From: Hamiltosporidium tvaerminnensis FI-OER-3-3
Lineage: Eukaryota > Fungi > Microsporidia
Assembly: GCA_022605425.2 (NCBI GenBank)
Contig: JAKIMF020000004.1
Span: 558,001 to 622,000 of the forward strand
Direction: 5' to 3'
Length of the DNA: 64,000 nucleotides
This document shows positions 12,794 through 25,699 of this stretch, one piece after another. The position numbers and the translations under genes are program-made. How positions within the stretch are numbered: the first letter of the stretch is position 1; every line of letters begins with the position of its first letter. The notes under the pieces were generated by a model, which saw nothing but the letters and a program-made list of their open reading frames with translations, was not told the origin of the DNA and did not search any database.

Positions 12794-13354
12794 ATGTTGC
12801 TCTTCCTTATCAGTTTAGTATTTGGTGGTGAATTTCTTTATAATTTTAAAAAAGTAGATAAAATTGAAGAAAACTACGAATTATTTAAAGAAATAAAATT
12901 GAAAACTTTTTTATATAAATTTTATAGAACAGGAAAATCTTCTACAAAGCTTTTAATACAACAACATCTTCCTTTCCTTTTACAAGAAGTAACAAAAATA
13001 AAATCTTTAGATTTTACCAGACAATCTCTAATTTTTACATTAACTCCTTATAAAGATATATTTATGAAAGATAAGAACACTACAATTTGTATTGGTAAAT
13101 ATGTTGGAACATTTTTCGAGGACGACACCTTGTACCAGTACTATAAAGGAGGAGATAAGTGTGATATTAAAAAAGATGTAAATAGAAGTGCACGTGTCTC
13201 CTATAAAGGAGGACCTGGTAAGTTAAGAATTGATAAGATATATGAAAGTAAGGTGTGTAGGTATGAAATTGTTGTGATTGGAGAGGAATTGTCTAGAGTG
13301 GTAGAAGGAAACGTTGAAATCGTTTATTTTGTAGAAGAAAATGATTCGAGATAA
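12794..13354 (+). CDS. Secreted/ER MRH-domain protein (OS-9/Yos9 or glucosidase II beta-like)
   Basis: Short signal peptide. QYYKGGDKCD..NRSARVSY...IYESKVCRYEIVV matches the mannose-6-phosphate receptor homology pattern (Y..G..C, R, E...C.Y). Confidence 0.7.
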   Translation: MLLFLISLVFGGEFLYNFKKVDKIEENYELFKEIKLKTFLYKFYRTGKSSTKLLIQQHLPFLLQEVTKIKSLDFTRQSLIFTLTPYKDIFMKDKNTTICIGKYVGTFFEDDTLYQYYKGGDKCDIKKDVNRSARVSYKGGPGKLRIDKIYESKVCRYEIVVIGEELSRVVEGNVEIVYFVEENDSR

Positions 13355-13727
13355 ATTTTATTATTTTTCTTCTATTTCCTTGAACCTTCTACTTCACATT
13401 TCTATTAAATTTATTCTTGTTTTCCCCCAAAAAATATTCTCATTTTATATTTGGTTTATGTTTTGTTTTATTTAATTTTCTTTAGAAATAAATAGTTTTC
13501 TATTCTCAAACTAAATTTTAATTCAAATTTTATTTTTCTTGTAATTGTTTAAATCGTTTTAAGTTTTTTATAAATCGATGAAAAAAATAGATTGACTTGT
13601 AAAAATGCTTATAAATTTTCTCTTAAATTTATTTTTCTATAAATTGATGAAAAAAATTAAATTAAATTTTTAAAATGAATATAAACTTTCCCTTAAATTT
13701 TTTATTTTTTCAATTTAGCATAAAACA

Positions 13728-14451
13728 TTATTTAAAAGATCACATCTTTTTAAAACAGTGGCAAGTGTTATATTTGTTTTCATGACATTAACGGAGTTCT
13801 AGTTGTAACATAAATAACTGCTACCCCAACACTCCATCGGTACCCTTTGCGATACCTACGTCCCAAAGCCTTTCATCTACTATGCAAGTAGAACGTAATT
13901 AATAGGCGAGGTAGTTGCCAGGAGTTCGTTAATGTTCGTTGCATGGAGTGTGATCGTATGCTGAAACCCACACTGCTCCAATGCTATGCAACATTCCCAC
14001 TTACTCTACACTTTTTGGACCCAATAAACTTCTAGCTAAGATATATTTCAGAAACTTACATGGGGTCCACCTAGACATTGCATTGTCATACCAAAAGTGC
14101 ATTACCTGCTACTTAGGTTTTCCGGCTTTAAGTGGTTTTTATTTTTATATCTGCCAGGCGCCAAGTCTTCTAATCTGAGTGAGCAAGGCTAGATTTCCGT
14201 GCTTTTACATGGCAATTACCTACAGGTTTAGCTGCAACCTTTGATTCAGTGACATAGAAAACTACAAATAAATTTGTAGAAAAAGTTTCGCCATTTCTTA
14301 GACCTGTCCTCCTCATACAAACTCCCATGGAACAACCGAAGATTTAGTGTTGTTATATTCCAAACAGACATCTAAACAATGATCTTCACACTAGTTTCAG
14401 ATATTCGTTGCCAAGCAGAAAGTTTTTTATGTGGTTATCTTCCCTTCCACC
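13728..14451 (-). mobile_element. ~720-nt structured non-coding repeat element, copy A
   Basis: Collinear with the copies at 17012, 34851, 51632 and 62345, with moderate divergence. No clear TSD. Confidence 0.9.
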
Positions 14452-14927
14452 ACTTGTTACAAAATAATAATAAATTCTTATGACTTTATATAAATATCTA
14501 ATTATAAAGATATTTATATTTTGGAATCTTAAATCTAGTAAAATATACTACTTACTTATTCGTTCCTCTTTTACTGCTCAGTTTCCTGGATGAATAAATA
14601 AATGTTTTCCATTTGTTTCTTTTAATCAGTTGTGACTCGGGATTTATAGAGGATTAGTCTAAAGATCCTCTATTAAAATATAAAAAGTTAAAATATAAAT
14701 AAAAGAATTGATTCTCAAAACAAACATGTTCCATCAAATTTGACAAAAAAAGAGTCATAAAATAGCCAAAAAAGAGGCAAATAATTTTAAATAAAAAAAA
14801 ATTAGCTTTTTTAAAAAAAATAAAAAATCTAACCAAAATAAAAAAAAATAACTTTAAAAAAAGAAACCAAAATGATAATAAACAAGACAAACCAAAGACA
14901 AGATTTAATTAAAGCAACAAACAAGTC

Positions 14928-15554
14928 CTATCTCAAAATAAACGGTCTAAGTTTCTTAAGCATATTAATTTGTAACGCTTTCTTTAAAGATTCTTTTCGA
15001 TTATAAAATATATATCTTGACAATTTACCAACAACTCTTATCGGTTCATATTTTCTTCTTTCTTTAGTATCCACAACAGAATAATTCTGTTTGTAATATT
15101 TCATATATTCTCTATTTCCTAAAACTTTACCGTTCGGTAAATATAGATTTATACCGTCTGTCACAAGAAGAGGATCGTTTTTATCTGAGGAATATTCTTC
15201 ATGAATATTGTTTTCATCTATTTGTAACTCATTAATTTCTTCTACCTCTTTATACATATTACTGTTCTGCTCCATCATACTATCTACCTCTTCTAATTCA
15301 TTATTATTATTTTGCTGTGACTCAGTATTATATAATTCTTCTTTTATTCTATCTTCTCTTACCTTTTCTTCTCTTATCCTTTCCTCTCTCATTTTTTCTT
15401 CCTTTGCTCTTTCTTCCACACTCTTTATATATTCGTCATATGAAATAGGTGGTATATTATGTATTTTACGTTGTGAATTAGATTGGTGAAATTCTGATTT
15501 ATAATGTTCTTTCAAACAACCACTTGTTTCTATTTTACAAACTGTACATCTCAT
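14928..15554 (-). CDS. REI1: REI1/ZNF622-like pre-60S maturation zinc-finger protein (reduced)
   Basis: N-terminal C2H2 CxxC...HYKSEFH..N..RK and C-terminal LYLPNGKVLGNREYMKYYKQ. CCC-ATG start. Confidence 0.85.
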   Translation of the reverse strand: MRCTVCKIETSGCLKEHYKSEFHQSNSQRKIHNIPPISYDEYIKSVEERAKEEKMREERIREEKVREDRIKEELYNTESQQNNNNELEEVDSMMEQNSNMYKEVEEINELQIDENNIHEEYSSDKNDPLLVTDGINLYLPNGKVLGNREYMKYYKQNYSVVDTKERRKYEPIRVVGKLSRYIFYNRKESLKKALQINMLKKLRPFILR

Positions 15555-15860
15555 GGGTTGTACAGTGATTTATAATATAAATCGTTTTATATTTTAGTGT
15601 CAGAAAAATATAAAAAGATATCTTTTAGATATAAAAAAGAGGAGAAAATATTTAAAAATATAGGGAAATATGTGAAACAGTAGGAAATTATGTAAGATAT
15701 TAGGGAAATATGTAAAGAAATATTTAAAAAAAAGAATTATAAAATATTTTTAAAAGTGTAAAATAATAATTAAAATAAGAAATAATCTAAATTTTGGAAA
15801 CCAATTTTAACTTATAAAAAATAAAATATTTTCAAAAAGTAGAGCAGTTTAATGAAATGC

Positions 15861-16042
15861 TTATAACTTATAAGAATTACATTTTATATAGAAAATCTAA
15901 ATAATAAATAAAATAAAATACTTCTAACTTATAAGAAGTACATTTTATATAAAAAATCTAAATAATAAATTAAATAGAATAAATTAACTTAAATACTTAT
16001 AACTTATAAGAATTACATTTTATATAAAAAATCTAAATAATA
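15861..16042. repeat. Three imperfect tandem copies of ~45-70 nt covering the SNARE gene's last codons, stop and 3'UTR
   Basis: AACTTATAAGAA(T/G)TACATTTTATATA(G/A)AAAATCTAAATAATA occurs three times. Confidence 0.8.
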
Positions 16043-16759
16043 GAAATATAAGAACAACAATACCCACACCAACCCAAAAGAAATAATAATCATTTAAATA
16101 TCGATTACTAATATCATCTACTACTTGACTACTCAATCCTAATCCAATAAGTCCTTCTCTAATTTTACTTTTAGTATTATCAATATATACTCTTTGTTTT
16201 TTAAGTGATTCTAAAGAATCTAATGCTGTTTCTATGTAAGAATTTAATCTACGTGTATTTCCAGTTGATATATTTTTATCTTCAAAATTATTTATTTTTA
16301 TATAAGAATTGGTGTTTGTATTTCCATAGTTAATATTTCTTGATCTTCAAAATTATTTATTTTTATAGAAGAATTTATTTCATTGTTTAAATTTATTTTT
16401 TTATTTACATTTTCTGCATAAAAGATTTCATTCTCTTCAAAATCAGTGACTGACTCGTCACATACATAAGTGTCTTCTTCCAAATGTTGCTGAATAACAT
16501 AATTATCATTTATTTCTTTGATTTGTTGGTTGAAAGATTCAATTTTTGATTTATAATTTCTGTACATATTTTTTCTTTTTATGTTTTCATTTTCATCTAA
16601 AGAAGAAAAAAATGGCTCACTTTTTAAAAGAAAGTTGTTAAAATTTAAAATAAGATTGTTTAGCATATTTATGTTTTGTGTGTTGTATTGTAGTTTTTCT
16701 AATTCTTTTATTATTTCATTTTGCATTTTGTTTAACTTTTGTACTGTTTTGTCATACAT
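16020..16759 (-). CDS. BOS1: Qb-SNARE, Bos1/membrin (GOSR2)-like; one frameshift near 16325
   Basis: The ORF at 16298-16759 is the Habc-like N-terminus. A shifted frame continues RRLNSYIETALDSLESLKKQRVYI...LIGLGLSSQVVDDISNRYLNDYYFFWVGVGIVVLIFLLFRFFI* (stop at 16020-16022), giving a SNARE motif plus C-terminal TM anchor. Confidence 0.75.
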
Positions 16760-17011
16760 TGAGGGTTAGAAAATGTTGGAAATTACAAATAATTATGTGT
16801 TAAAACAAAGGAAATAAGAGTAGTTTTAATTATCAATACAAGGATTGAAATGGATTGGAAAATCATTTTAAAGAAATTATTTAAAGAAAAAAGAAATCTA
16901 TTAAAAAATAAGAAATCTATTTTAAAAATTTGAAAATATTTATAAAAATAAGAAAAATATTTAAAAATTAGAAAAATATATAAAAATTAGAAAAACATTT
17001 AAAATAAGAAT

Positions 17012-17738
17012 TTTTATTTAAAAGTATCACATCTTTTTTAAAATAGTGGCAAGTATAAGATTTGTTTTTATGACATTAACGCAGTTCTAGGTTTAACATA
17101 AATGACTGCCACCCCAACATTCCATCGGTAACCCCTGCGATACCTACGTCCCAAAGCCTTTCATCTACCAGGTGTGTAGAACCTAAATAATAGGCGAGGC
17201 AGTTGCCCGGAGTTCGTTAATGTCTGTTGCATGGAGTGTGATCGAAGGCCGAAGCCCCCTGGGTTGCCCAAGACTATGCAGTATTCCCACTTACTCTACA
17301 CTTTCTGAACCCCATAAACTTCTAGCTAAGATATATTTCAGAGACTTACATGGGGTCCACCTAAACAGTGCAATGTCATACCAACAGGTATAACCTGTTA
17401 CTTAGCTCTCCCGGCTTTAAATGATTTTTTATTTTATATCTCCCAGGCGCCAAGTCTTCTAACCCGAGTGAGCAAGGCTAGGGTTCCATGTTTTTACATG
17501 GCAATTACCTACATGTTCAGCTGCGGTCTGCAATCTGGTTACATAAAAAACTACAAATAAATTTGTAGAAAAAGTTTCTCCGTTTCTTAGACCTCTCCTC
17601 TTCATAACAACTCCCATGGAACAACCGAAGATGTAGTGTGGTTGTATTCCCACCAAAAATCCAAACAATGATCTTCACACCAGTTCCACACACTCATTGC
17701 CAAGCAGAAAGTTTTTTATGTGGTTATCCTCCCTCCAC
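17012..17738 (-). mobile_element. ~720-nt structured non-coding repeat element, copy B
   Basis: Closely similar to copies E and F, with the same termini. Only a weak possible duplication (AATAAGAA). Confidence 0.92.
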
Positions 17739-17900
17739 AAAAAGAATAAGAAATTATTAAAAAATTAAAGTAAAAAATCTATTTATAAAAATATGAGAAA
17801 TATCAAAATCTTAAACATCAATTAACCCTACAACAGTAAATAAATTCTAAGCAAACAATTCCCTTAAAAAACATAAAACTATCTAAAATTAAAAATAATA

Positions 17901-18503
17901 TTATATATGATTATCAATAGGATAAGCAAAAAAAGGTCCAAAATTGAGTGAGACTTCTCCTCCACAATAAAGAGAAACAACTGCGTGATAAATACCAGGA
18001 TTTATATTAGAAAACGCAATTCCTAAATCTTCTCCATTTTTAAAAAACTTAATAAAAGAAAATCGAGATACAAATTTTAAAGAAGAATCCAAGACCAAAG
18101 TACTACGTGTATAATCTTTTAAAACAGTCGGTTCTGTATTTATAGACAGTAACACACCAATAATATCTTTATATTTAAATGTGTCTGAATATGTTTTTCT
18201 AACCGAATTGTGAAAAATATATCCGTTTGCATCTCCGTACGAATAACTGTATTTATCGTATCCGGCTGGTGCATAAATATCTGTGTTTTTTTGTCCAAAT
18301 CCAAGTCTTATATTACCACTTTTACTTTCTATTTGTGCTTCGTAATAGAAATTGCCACTTAGTAGTCCATGGGTAGATAGTGCTGATCTATATCCTCCGT
18401 ATCCTTTTAAGGATAGGTTGTTGTTGTATATTTCTAAACCACCGTGTGATAATTCTGATGAAATACAAATTTTAGGTGTTCTTCGTTGATCTAATAAGTT
18501 CAT
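17901..18503 (-). CDS. ASH2: ASH2/Bre2 SPRY-domain subunit of the COMPASS H3K4 methyltransferase
   Basis: GNFYYEA, RLGF, APAGYDKYSYSY, FHNS, DIIGVL, IKFFKNGEDLGIAF and VSLNFGPFF motifs. Confidence 0.88.
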   Translation of the reverse strand: MNLLDQRRTPKICISSELSHGGLEIYNNNLSLKGYGGYRSALSTHGLLSGNFYYEAQIESKSGNIRLGFGQKNTDIYAPAGYDKYSYSYGDANGYIFHNSVRKTYSDTFKYKDIIGVLLSINTEPTVLKDYTRSTLVLDSSLKFVSRFSFIKFFKNGEDLGIAFSNINPGIYHAVVSLYCGGEVSLNFGPFFAYPIDNHI

Positions 18504-19259
18504 ATAGGGCGCGCTTTTTAAATGAGTTTTTTTATAGAATAAATATGAAGAGAATATTAAGAAATAAAAATTCGTAAATTTCTAATTTTTTAATATGTTT
18601 TGCCATATTTGACAATGAAAGAAGAAAAAAAATGAGTTTATAGATGAATAATTTAAACCTTAAATACATATTTTAAAAAATAAAATATCTGAATATTATC
18701 TGTACAACAGTTATTTTGTTAGAAGAAATACATAAATTTTTATTATTTATATATTATTTTGATATTCTGATATGTTAATCGAATAGAATAGAAATTGTTT
18801 AATTAAAAGTATAATTGTAGATTAAAATATAGTTCATATTTTGAATAAACTAGCCTTTCAATATAATTACTAAATTTCAAATTAGTGGTGAAAAAAGAAG
18901 TACAAAATTTTTAATTTATTTAATTTCTTTATAAAATTTAAAATTTAACGATTATAAAAATCCGTAGGAATAAAGATTAGTATTCTGTATTAAAATGCCA
19001 AGTAAATTTTTATATTGCGTTAAATTCCAATATTTATTGTATATTCTAAAAAAAATAGAATTTACCTGTTTACTAAGTGAGGAGACACTTATTTTATTAT
19101 AGAGTTTTTCTTTCTTTAAGGTTTAAATACTTCTTCTTTGGATTAGACATATTATAGAGATTCTTGCTGTTTTGAAGAAGTTTTTATCAAAATAAACTTA
19201 ACATTTTAAATTAAATTTGTTTTTATTTAAAATTATATCAATTAAATTAATATTAGGTG

Positions 19260-19329
19260 ATTTTCCCAAGTACAGTTTGGGCAAATAGTTTGCCATATAG
19301 GGTTTTGTCCAAACAGTACTTGGGAAAAT
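19260..19329. repeat. Inverted repeat/hairpin with 26-bp arms (24/26 match) and an 18-nt loop
   Basis: ATTTTCCCAAGTACAGTTTGGGCAAA (19260-19285) pairs with TTTGTCCAAACAGTACTTGGGAAAAT (19304-19329). Confidence 0.85.
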
Positions 19330-21658
19330 GATATAAGTGGTTAAAAATTTTTGTAAAACATGGGGTGACTTTTGACCAATTTTTTTCAAGCGGTTGACAA
19401 CAAAGCTGGTTAATATTGAGGGATTGAGCTGTCATTAAAGTACTTGGATTTAATTTTTTATTAAAATTTTTTTTTCTATGTCGTTCTGTATAGCAAAGGT
19501 CTTCAAACTACGACGTGGTGTAGCAGTTCAGACATTATATCCCACCTCTCCACAAGTTTTTTAATTGTTGCGTATGTGTGTTTTTTAGCTGAAAAAATAA
19601 TGGAATTTTCGTATATTTTACACAAAATAAATCTCTTAGATATATGTTATTATTAAATTGTAATACAAAAACATTTTATTGGTTTTCAACATTTCTTTTA
19701 AACACCAATCATATTTCTTGTTATTTTATCCGAAAAATTCAAAACCAAATAACAAAAAACACGTAGGATAATTTGTTGAAATTGTGGGTTAAATTTACCA
19801 GTAAATATCATCGATAATGAATTCGAATGCATATCTAATAAACAAGATTTGTAAATATTTTTTTATATTTCATTTAAGAAAATGTTTTTTTTTTCCATGC
19901 AGATAGGCTTTCCGAAAGCAAAAATAAGCCTCGAAAATTTTTTATTAAATTTAATGAATTATGTGGCTGGAAGACTCTTATAAAATTCTGTGATTTAAAT
20001 GTTTTCATATAGAAATATTGTAAGATAAATTTTTGTTTTTTTTGAACGTTTGTATGAAATTTTAAACAATTCATCAAAAAACATTAAAAATTAAGATTGA
20101 AGAAATACTTCTCAGTACGCTGTATAAAATATAATGAGTTCTTTACCTCGAGACTTTTTATAAGTATCAATATGCTCTGCGAGCTAAAAAGTTCGGAATC
20201 CTTAATTTAAGCAATGAATAAAAATACTAGAAAAAGATTTCGTTATGATTAGAAGAATAAATATTCACTAAGACCAACAAAGGTTTTTTTTCTATTTCGA
20301 TTTAACGCCAAAGTCAATTATTACTTAACATATTTATACAAATTCTTTTTTAACTTACATATGGCATGTTTTACATTTATTTTACTGTTTTAAGAAATAT
20401 CTATTGTGGCGACATGTTAAGCCTTCCCAAAATCCTCCTTATTAACAGCAAACACAGCACAATTAAATTATTAGTTTATCAAGGTGGCATCAGTTAACCA
20501 ATATTTACAATATATTAATACAAAGAAGCCTCCTTTAGTATTTTTAAACAGTTTTTTTAACTGAAAATTTTACGATTAAAAATCTACTATTTGGTTTTAA
20601 GCAAATATTTAATCCTTAGTTTTAACTGCTTAATAAAATACATATTTTCAAATTTTGTTATTTAGTTTAAAGCAAATATTTAATCATTAGTTTTTAATCC
20701 GTAGTATAAATACATATTTTTAAATTTTGTTATTTAGTTTTTAATTCGCTTTTTAATACATATTTTTAAATTTTGATTTTCCTTCAGATTTAGATTGGGA
20801 AAAAGACCACAAGGACAAACCTTTGACTAAAAAGCGTCTTTTTCCGAACACATAGGTGCATGAAGTAAATAAAACAAAATGATAAAAACATAGGGTTAGA
20901 TACCTTATAAAGGTAATGCACTGTGTTTTCAATCTAAATATCATCATAAGGAAGTAATTTTTAAATTCTTTTTTTTATAAAATTAATTCGTTTTTCTGTG
21001 AATTAAATGAAGGATTAAAATTTCAAATATATTTTTTATATTGATAAATTGAAACTTATTGAATGTGGGGTAATTCGCTTTATCTTTTTAGTTGTATTAT
21101 TCTAAGAGTTATGAGGATATATTTATTTCCTGTATTTAATTACTATTTTGTATTCATTCTAATTATACAGGAGTAGAAATTCAACATTTGAAATGTAGAT
21201 ACCAAACTATTCTATCATATCGATGTATATGTGTTAGACAGATAAGATAATATTGTGTCTTTGTTGTTATATGCCATTCTATTTCTTTTTCTAATTTGCT
21301 CACGCTTTGGTTTTGACTTCAACTTCTTTGGAAATCAAAAAACATAGATTTAACTTTTTTTTAAGTACTATAGACTGAATGTATGCCTCTATTCTTAGGA
21401 ATATTTAGAGTTTCTAAGATAAATTTTATGTTATATTGTCACAATACCATCCCAGGTTATCACATATGGAATTATTTCTAACTACTATTAGATAGATATG
21501 TTCGATTAGTTATAATTTTTAATATGTGGAAGGGTTATCAAAAACTAAGTATAAATTTATTTAAATAACTGTTATTTTGTTGCTTTATTAGACCCTTTTT
21601 AATCTAAACCAATTAAAATTTGTATTTTGGACAAATAATTGGTTATTTTTCTATTAAT

Positions 21659-22171
21659 TTATTTTTTATCGAAATAATTCAGATAAATAAATATAAAAAT
21701 AGTACTTATGAACATAATTGCGAAAAACAACAAAAGAATCATAACTCCTATTTTTAAAACCAAATATACATATCTAGGCGATTCTGGTTTGAATACAATT
21801 GTTCTAAATTCTGAATATGTGTATAATTCAACTTCATTACACAAATAAACCGCAATAAAATTTACACCATCAATTTTATTTTTTAGTATATAATATTCAA
21901 TGTCTGTCACAGATAATCTAGAAATAGGATCATCAAGTAAATAAACTGTTAAAGGTTCTCCTAAAATACATTTATCATATCGTAAATTAATTATAGATTC
22001 TGAGAGATATACAAATTTTTTTTTAGTACACAAAAGCATAGCAAATATTTGTTCTTTTTCATTTTTTATATATTCATCTATTATTTGTGGATAGGAATCA
22101 AATGTTAGTGGATCTACAAAATCTTCTTGTATTTCAAATACTATATCACCATTCTTAATAAGTTTAATCAT
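21659..22171 (-). CDS. Hypothetical tail-anchored membrane protein (possibly DUF5092-like)
   Basis: CCCC-G-ATG start, DPLTFDSY and DPISR..V.DI.YY motifs, and a long C-terminal hydrophobic segment. The family assignment is tentative. Confidence 0.65.
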   Translation of the reverse strand: MIKLIKNGDIVFEIQEDFVDPLTFDSYPQIIDEYIKNEKEQIFAMLLCTKKKFVYLSESIINLRYDKCILGEPLTVYLLDDPISRLSVTDIEYYILKNKIDGVNFIAVYLCNEVELYTYSEFRTIVFKPESPRYVYLVLKIGVMILLLFFAIMFISTIFIFIYLNYFDKK

Positions 22172-23722
22172 CGGGGCTTAAAAATGACATACTTATATAA
22201 AGATTACATATCAATCAATATTGTATTAAGATATATTGAATTAGAAATGATATACATTTAAAGATTTATTATAAAATATTTTTAATATTTTTAATATTAT
22301 TGAAGATTATAATTTTGTATTAAATAGAATAACAATCTAAAGAGAGGCATCTGTATACTTTATAAATCATGATTATAAATTTGTGAAATAAATGATAAAA
22401 ATATTTTTATTTACACTTTCTTATAATTTATTCTACTGTAAATTTATTGAAGCGAAATTAAAAATCACAAATATATCATTAGAAGCACTTACATCAATAA
22501 ATTATTACTAAAATACTGTATATTACTGATTATAAGTATAATATACTATTTTTAAATTAAAATATTTATTATCCTACATGGATTTCACAACACAATAAAA
22601 TTTAGTTTAATGTGGGTTTTCTTTTCGCTTTATACATTAAATACTTTACCCTACATGTATTTCATAAGATATTTGTTATATTTTATATTTTGAAAATAAA
22701 ATTTTACTATAATATCAAATACTTAGACAAATACCAATTAAATGTTAATAAAAATATATTTTTAAAAAAATTAATTTATCAAATATTTCATTTTAAATCT
22801 TTTATCATAAAATAACTCCAAAGGTATCTTGTATAACCACATTTTATTATTATTGCCTTTACACTTGATAATATGTAAAATTATTATTTTAAAAATATAG
22901 AATCTTTGAAGGAATAATTTAAAATTAAAAAATATGAATTATAAACCTGTATAATGTTTGATTATTTATATTTTAATTTAAGTAGCATCTTAAAAAAAAA
23001 TATTTTTATTTTACTTGAAATAGAACAAAGGATTTCCATTTTTGTAAATATTTTATTTTAAATTAATTTTTTTTTTAAATATCTTAAAAGAACATTAAGC
23101 TTAGATTAATTCAATTTTTTTTTCATAATTTTTATATTTTTTTTTATAATTTTTCAAAATGTTTCATAATAGTTTATAATTTTTTAATTTAAAATATTTT
23201 TTAATTATTTTTAGTGAATAATTGTGCTGTTTTCAAAGATGTTTATAACAATACCTTAAGACTATTAATTAAGGGAACATATGACTATTTGTAAGAAAAC
23301 ATATGAATTTATATTTTAATTTAATATGAATTAAAAATTAATCAAGGAAAAACTAAAAAAGATCAAAAAGAATTTAAGATTGTATTTTTGATCAAAGAAA
23401 AATTAAAAAAGAAATATTTAATTTTAAATGATTTAGAAATGTGATTATTGATATTTCAAATGATTGATATCTTTAAAATATATCATTTAAATATATCATG
23501 AATAAATATATCATAAATTAAGATTCTTGTTTGTGTATTTAAATAATATATCACAAATGAAATATCATGTTTGTATATTTAAATATATATCATAAATTAA
23601 GTATCTTGTTTGTATATTTAAATAAAATCATTTGATATATAAAAATATCTAAATTTTGTTATCTTAATCAATGAATTTAAATTTTGGTTAAATAAAAAAG
23701 ATAAACCAAATAAACCCGAAAA

Positions 23723-24430
23723 ATGTTTTACGATACTGAAATACAATCAATGATGTTTACATTTGGAGAAGTTAAAAATACAAACCATGAGACAATAGAA
23801 TATATAGAAAGTATTATAAGATCCAACATAAAATCTTTACTAAGTAAATCAAGAAAGGTACAAATTCTAAGAAAAGGAAAATATTTATCAGTAGAAGATA
23901 TATGTTTTGTATTACGCAGGAAAGTTTATATGGTAAATAGAATTTTACAATTTTTGGCGTTTAGAGAGACACGAAAGAAAATAAATGAAGAATCGGTTTC
24001 TTTATACGAGGAAAAGAATTGTGAAAAAATGGAATTTGATTGGTTCAATCATAAATCCGAGGTAAAAGATAAAGAATTAATTGAAAGATTACGAATTATA
24101 GACGAAGTCACACAATTTATGGATAAAGAGGAATATTTAAATTTTTGTGAATGCAGACAAGCTAGTTTTACATATAGAAAGTATAAAAAGTTTAAAGAAT
24201 TTATAGAATTTTCTAATTTGAAAGATGATGTAATTGACATACTGGGATATATTTGTTATGAAATGGTGTATACTTTAACTGTAAATGCCTTTAAAACAAA
24301 AAAGAATTTTAAGTTTAATAAATTTGCTAAAAAAGATCTTTTTAATTTTGAACAATCATTTAGTTTATCTGTAAAAGATATAAATGCGGGATTATTTTTA
24401 ATTTTAAAAGAAAATGGTTCATTGATTTAG
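23723..24430 (+). CDS. SPT3: SAGA subunit Spt3 (double histone fold)
   Basis: Y.TEIQSMMFTFGE....ET..YIE.II, ERLR..DE.T..M.KEEY..F.ECRQASFTYRK.KKF.EF and DILGY.CYE.V. Confidence 0.92.
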   Translation: MFYDTEIQSMMFTFGEVKNTNHETIEYIESIIRSNIKSLLSKSRKVQILRKGKYLSVEDICFVLRRKVYMVNRILQFLAFRETRKKINEESVSLYEEKNCEKMEFDWFNHKSEVKDKELIERLRIIDEVTQFMDKEEYLNFCECRQASFTYRKYKKFKEFIEFSNLKDDVIDILGYICYEMVYTLTVNAFKTKKNFKFNKFAKKDLFNFEQSFSLSVKDINAGLFLILKENGSLI

Positions 24431-25699
24431 AAACTTGTTGGATCAATGAAAGTTCAAAATTGTAAATGACAAAGAATCAAAAGACAAAAGAAAATAGCAT
24501 CATTTGTACTTCTATATCATTTACTTTGTATAAATCTGTTCTATATTAATCAGGCGATTAAATAAAAATACTTAACAATTTATTAAATTTATATCTAACT
24601 TTAATGAAAATTTACAATATTTTGTTTCACATACTTTATTGCCTTAGATTAATTCTTTCAAATGTAAAAATTTATACTTTTTAGGGATTGCATCCGTAGA
24701 AATATTATCGATAGATCAATTTTATAGTATAAAAAAATGATACTTGTATTTAATTGATATTCCTAAAATATTTATATAAGAGTATAAATTTAAAGTTGCA
24801 AAAGAGGTTATTAATATCTTTAAATTAGAGAAATTTGCCTTTGGTTAATATAAAAATCCATTATACTACAAACATGTTAGATTAGACATCATGGTAAATT
24901 TTAAAGGATTATTATATGATTAAGATTAGTATAATAAAAAATTTGGCTAGGAAATTTCAAGAAATAAACAAAGAGTCCAATGGATAATAATGATGGGGAT
25001 AAAATTAAAACGATGTTTAGAAATGTATGAGCGATTTCCCTCGCAAATTCTCTTTATACCTCTTAAAAAAATATACCGCAATAAAAAAAGCAATAGCTCG
25101 AGATGCAAGCTTAAACCTTAGCCTTAATTCTCTTCAAATACACCTACTATTTATTTAGTAGTAATTTCTGTATGTGCGGTATCTTATGATCTAATAAGCA
25201 TCTATTGTGTTGCCATTCTCAAAAGAAGCTGGCGCGGCAGGGCACAACATACTCGATTCGACACCTACTGACCGACAAGAATAGCTTCTACTTGCTTTTT
25301 TGCCGAAAAAATCCGCTGAATCTAAAAAGTTTTGAAAATTCTTCATATCTATTGCAAAGAAGAGTTTGGTTGTGCCGATAATATATATGTGTCAGACAAA
25401 TTAGCTAATTATTAGATATAAAAGCGAATGAAGCAAAAAAATATTAGAATGCGACTTGGTATTGTTAAATTTTCATAGGGCTACGTTCTTAACCGAGTAT
25501 TCAGTACATGGTCTTAAGATATAAGTATTTAGTACAAATAAATAAATATCATAGCATACAATTTAAAAAATTGTAGTGCGAATGATAAAACTTTGAAAAT
25601 AAAAGTGGTAGATAAGTTCCGAATGTGATGATCAAATAACTAGTTACTTTGAATATGTAATTTCTTGGGTCTATTTTAGATTTTCCAAGTATGATTCAG

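Noticed and set aside
17459-17668. Similar 69-aa ORFs in copies B and F (MFGFLVG...) as a protein encoded by the element
   Set aside because: They start at TTG, and copy E has a frameshift and an in-frame TGA. The similarity only reflects DNA identity between young copies.
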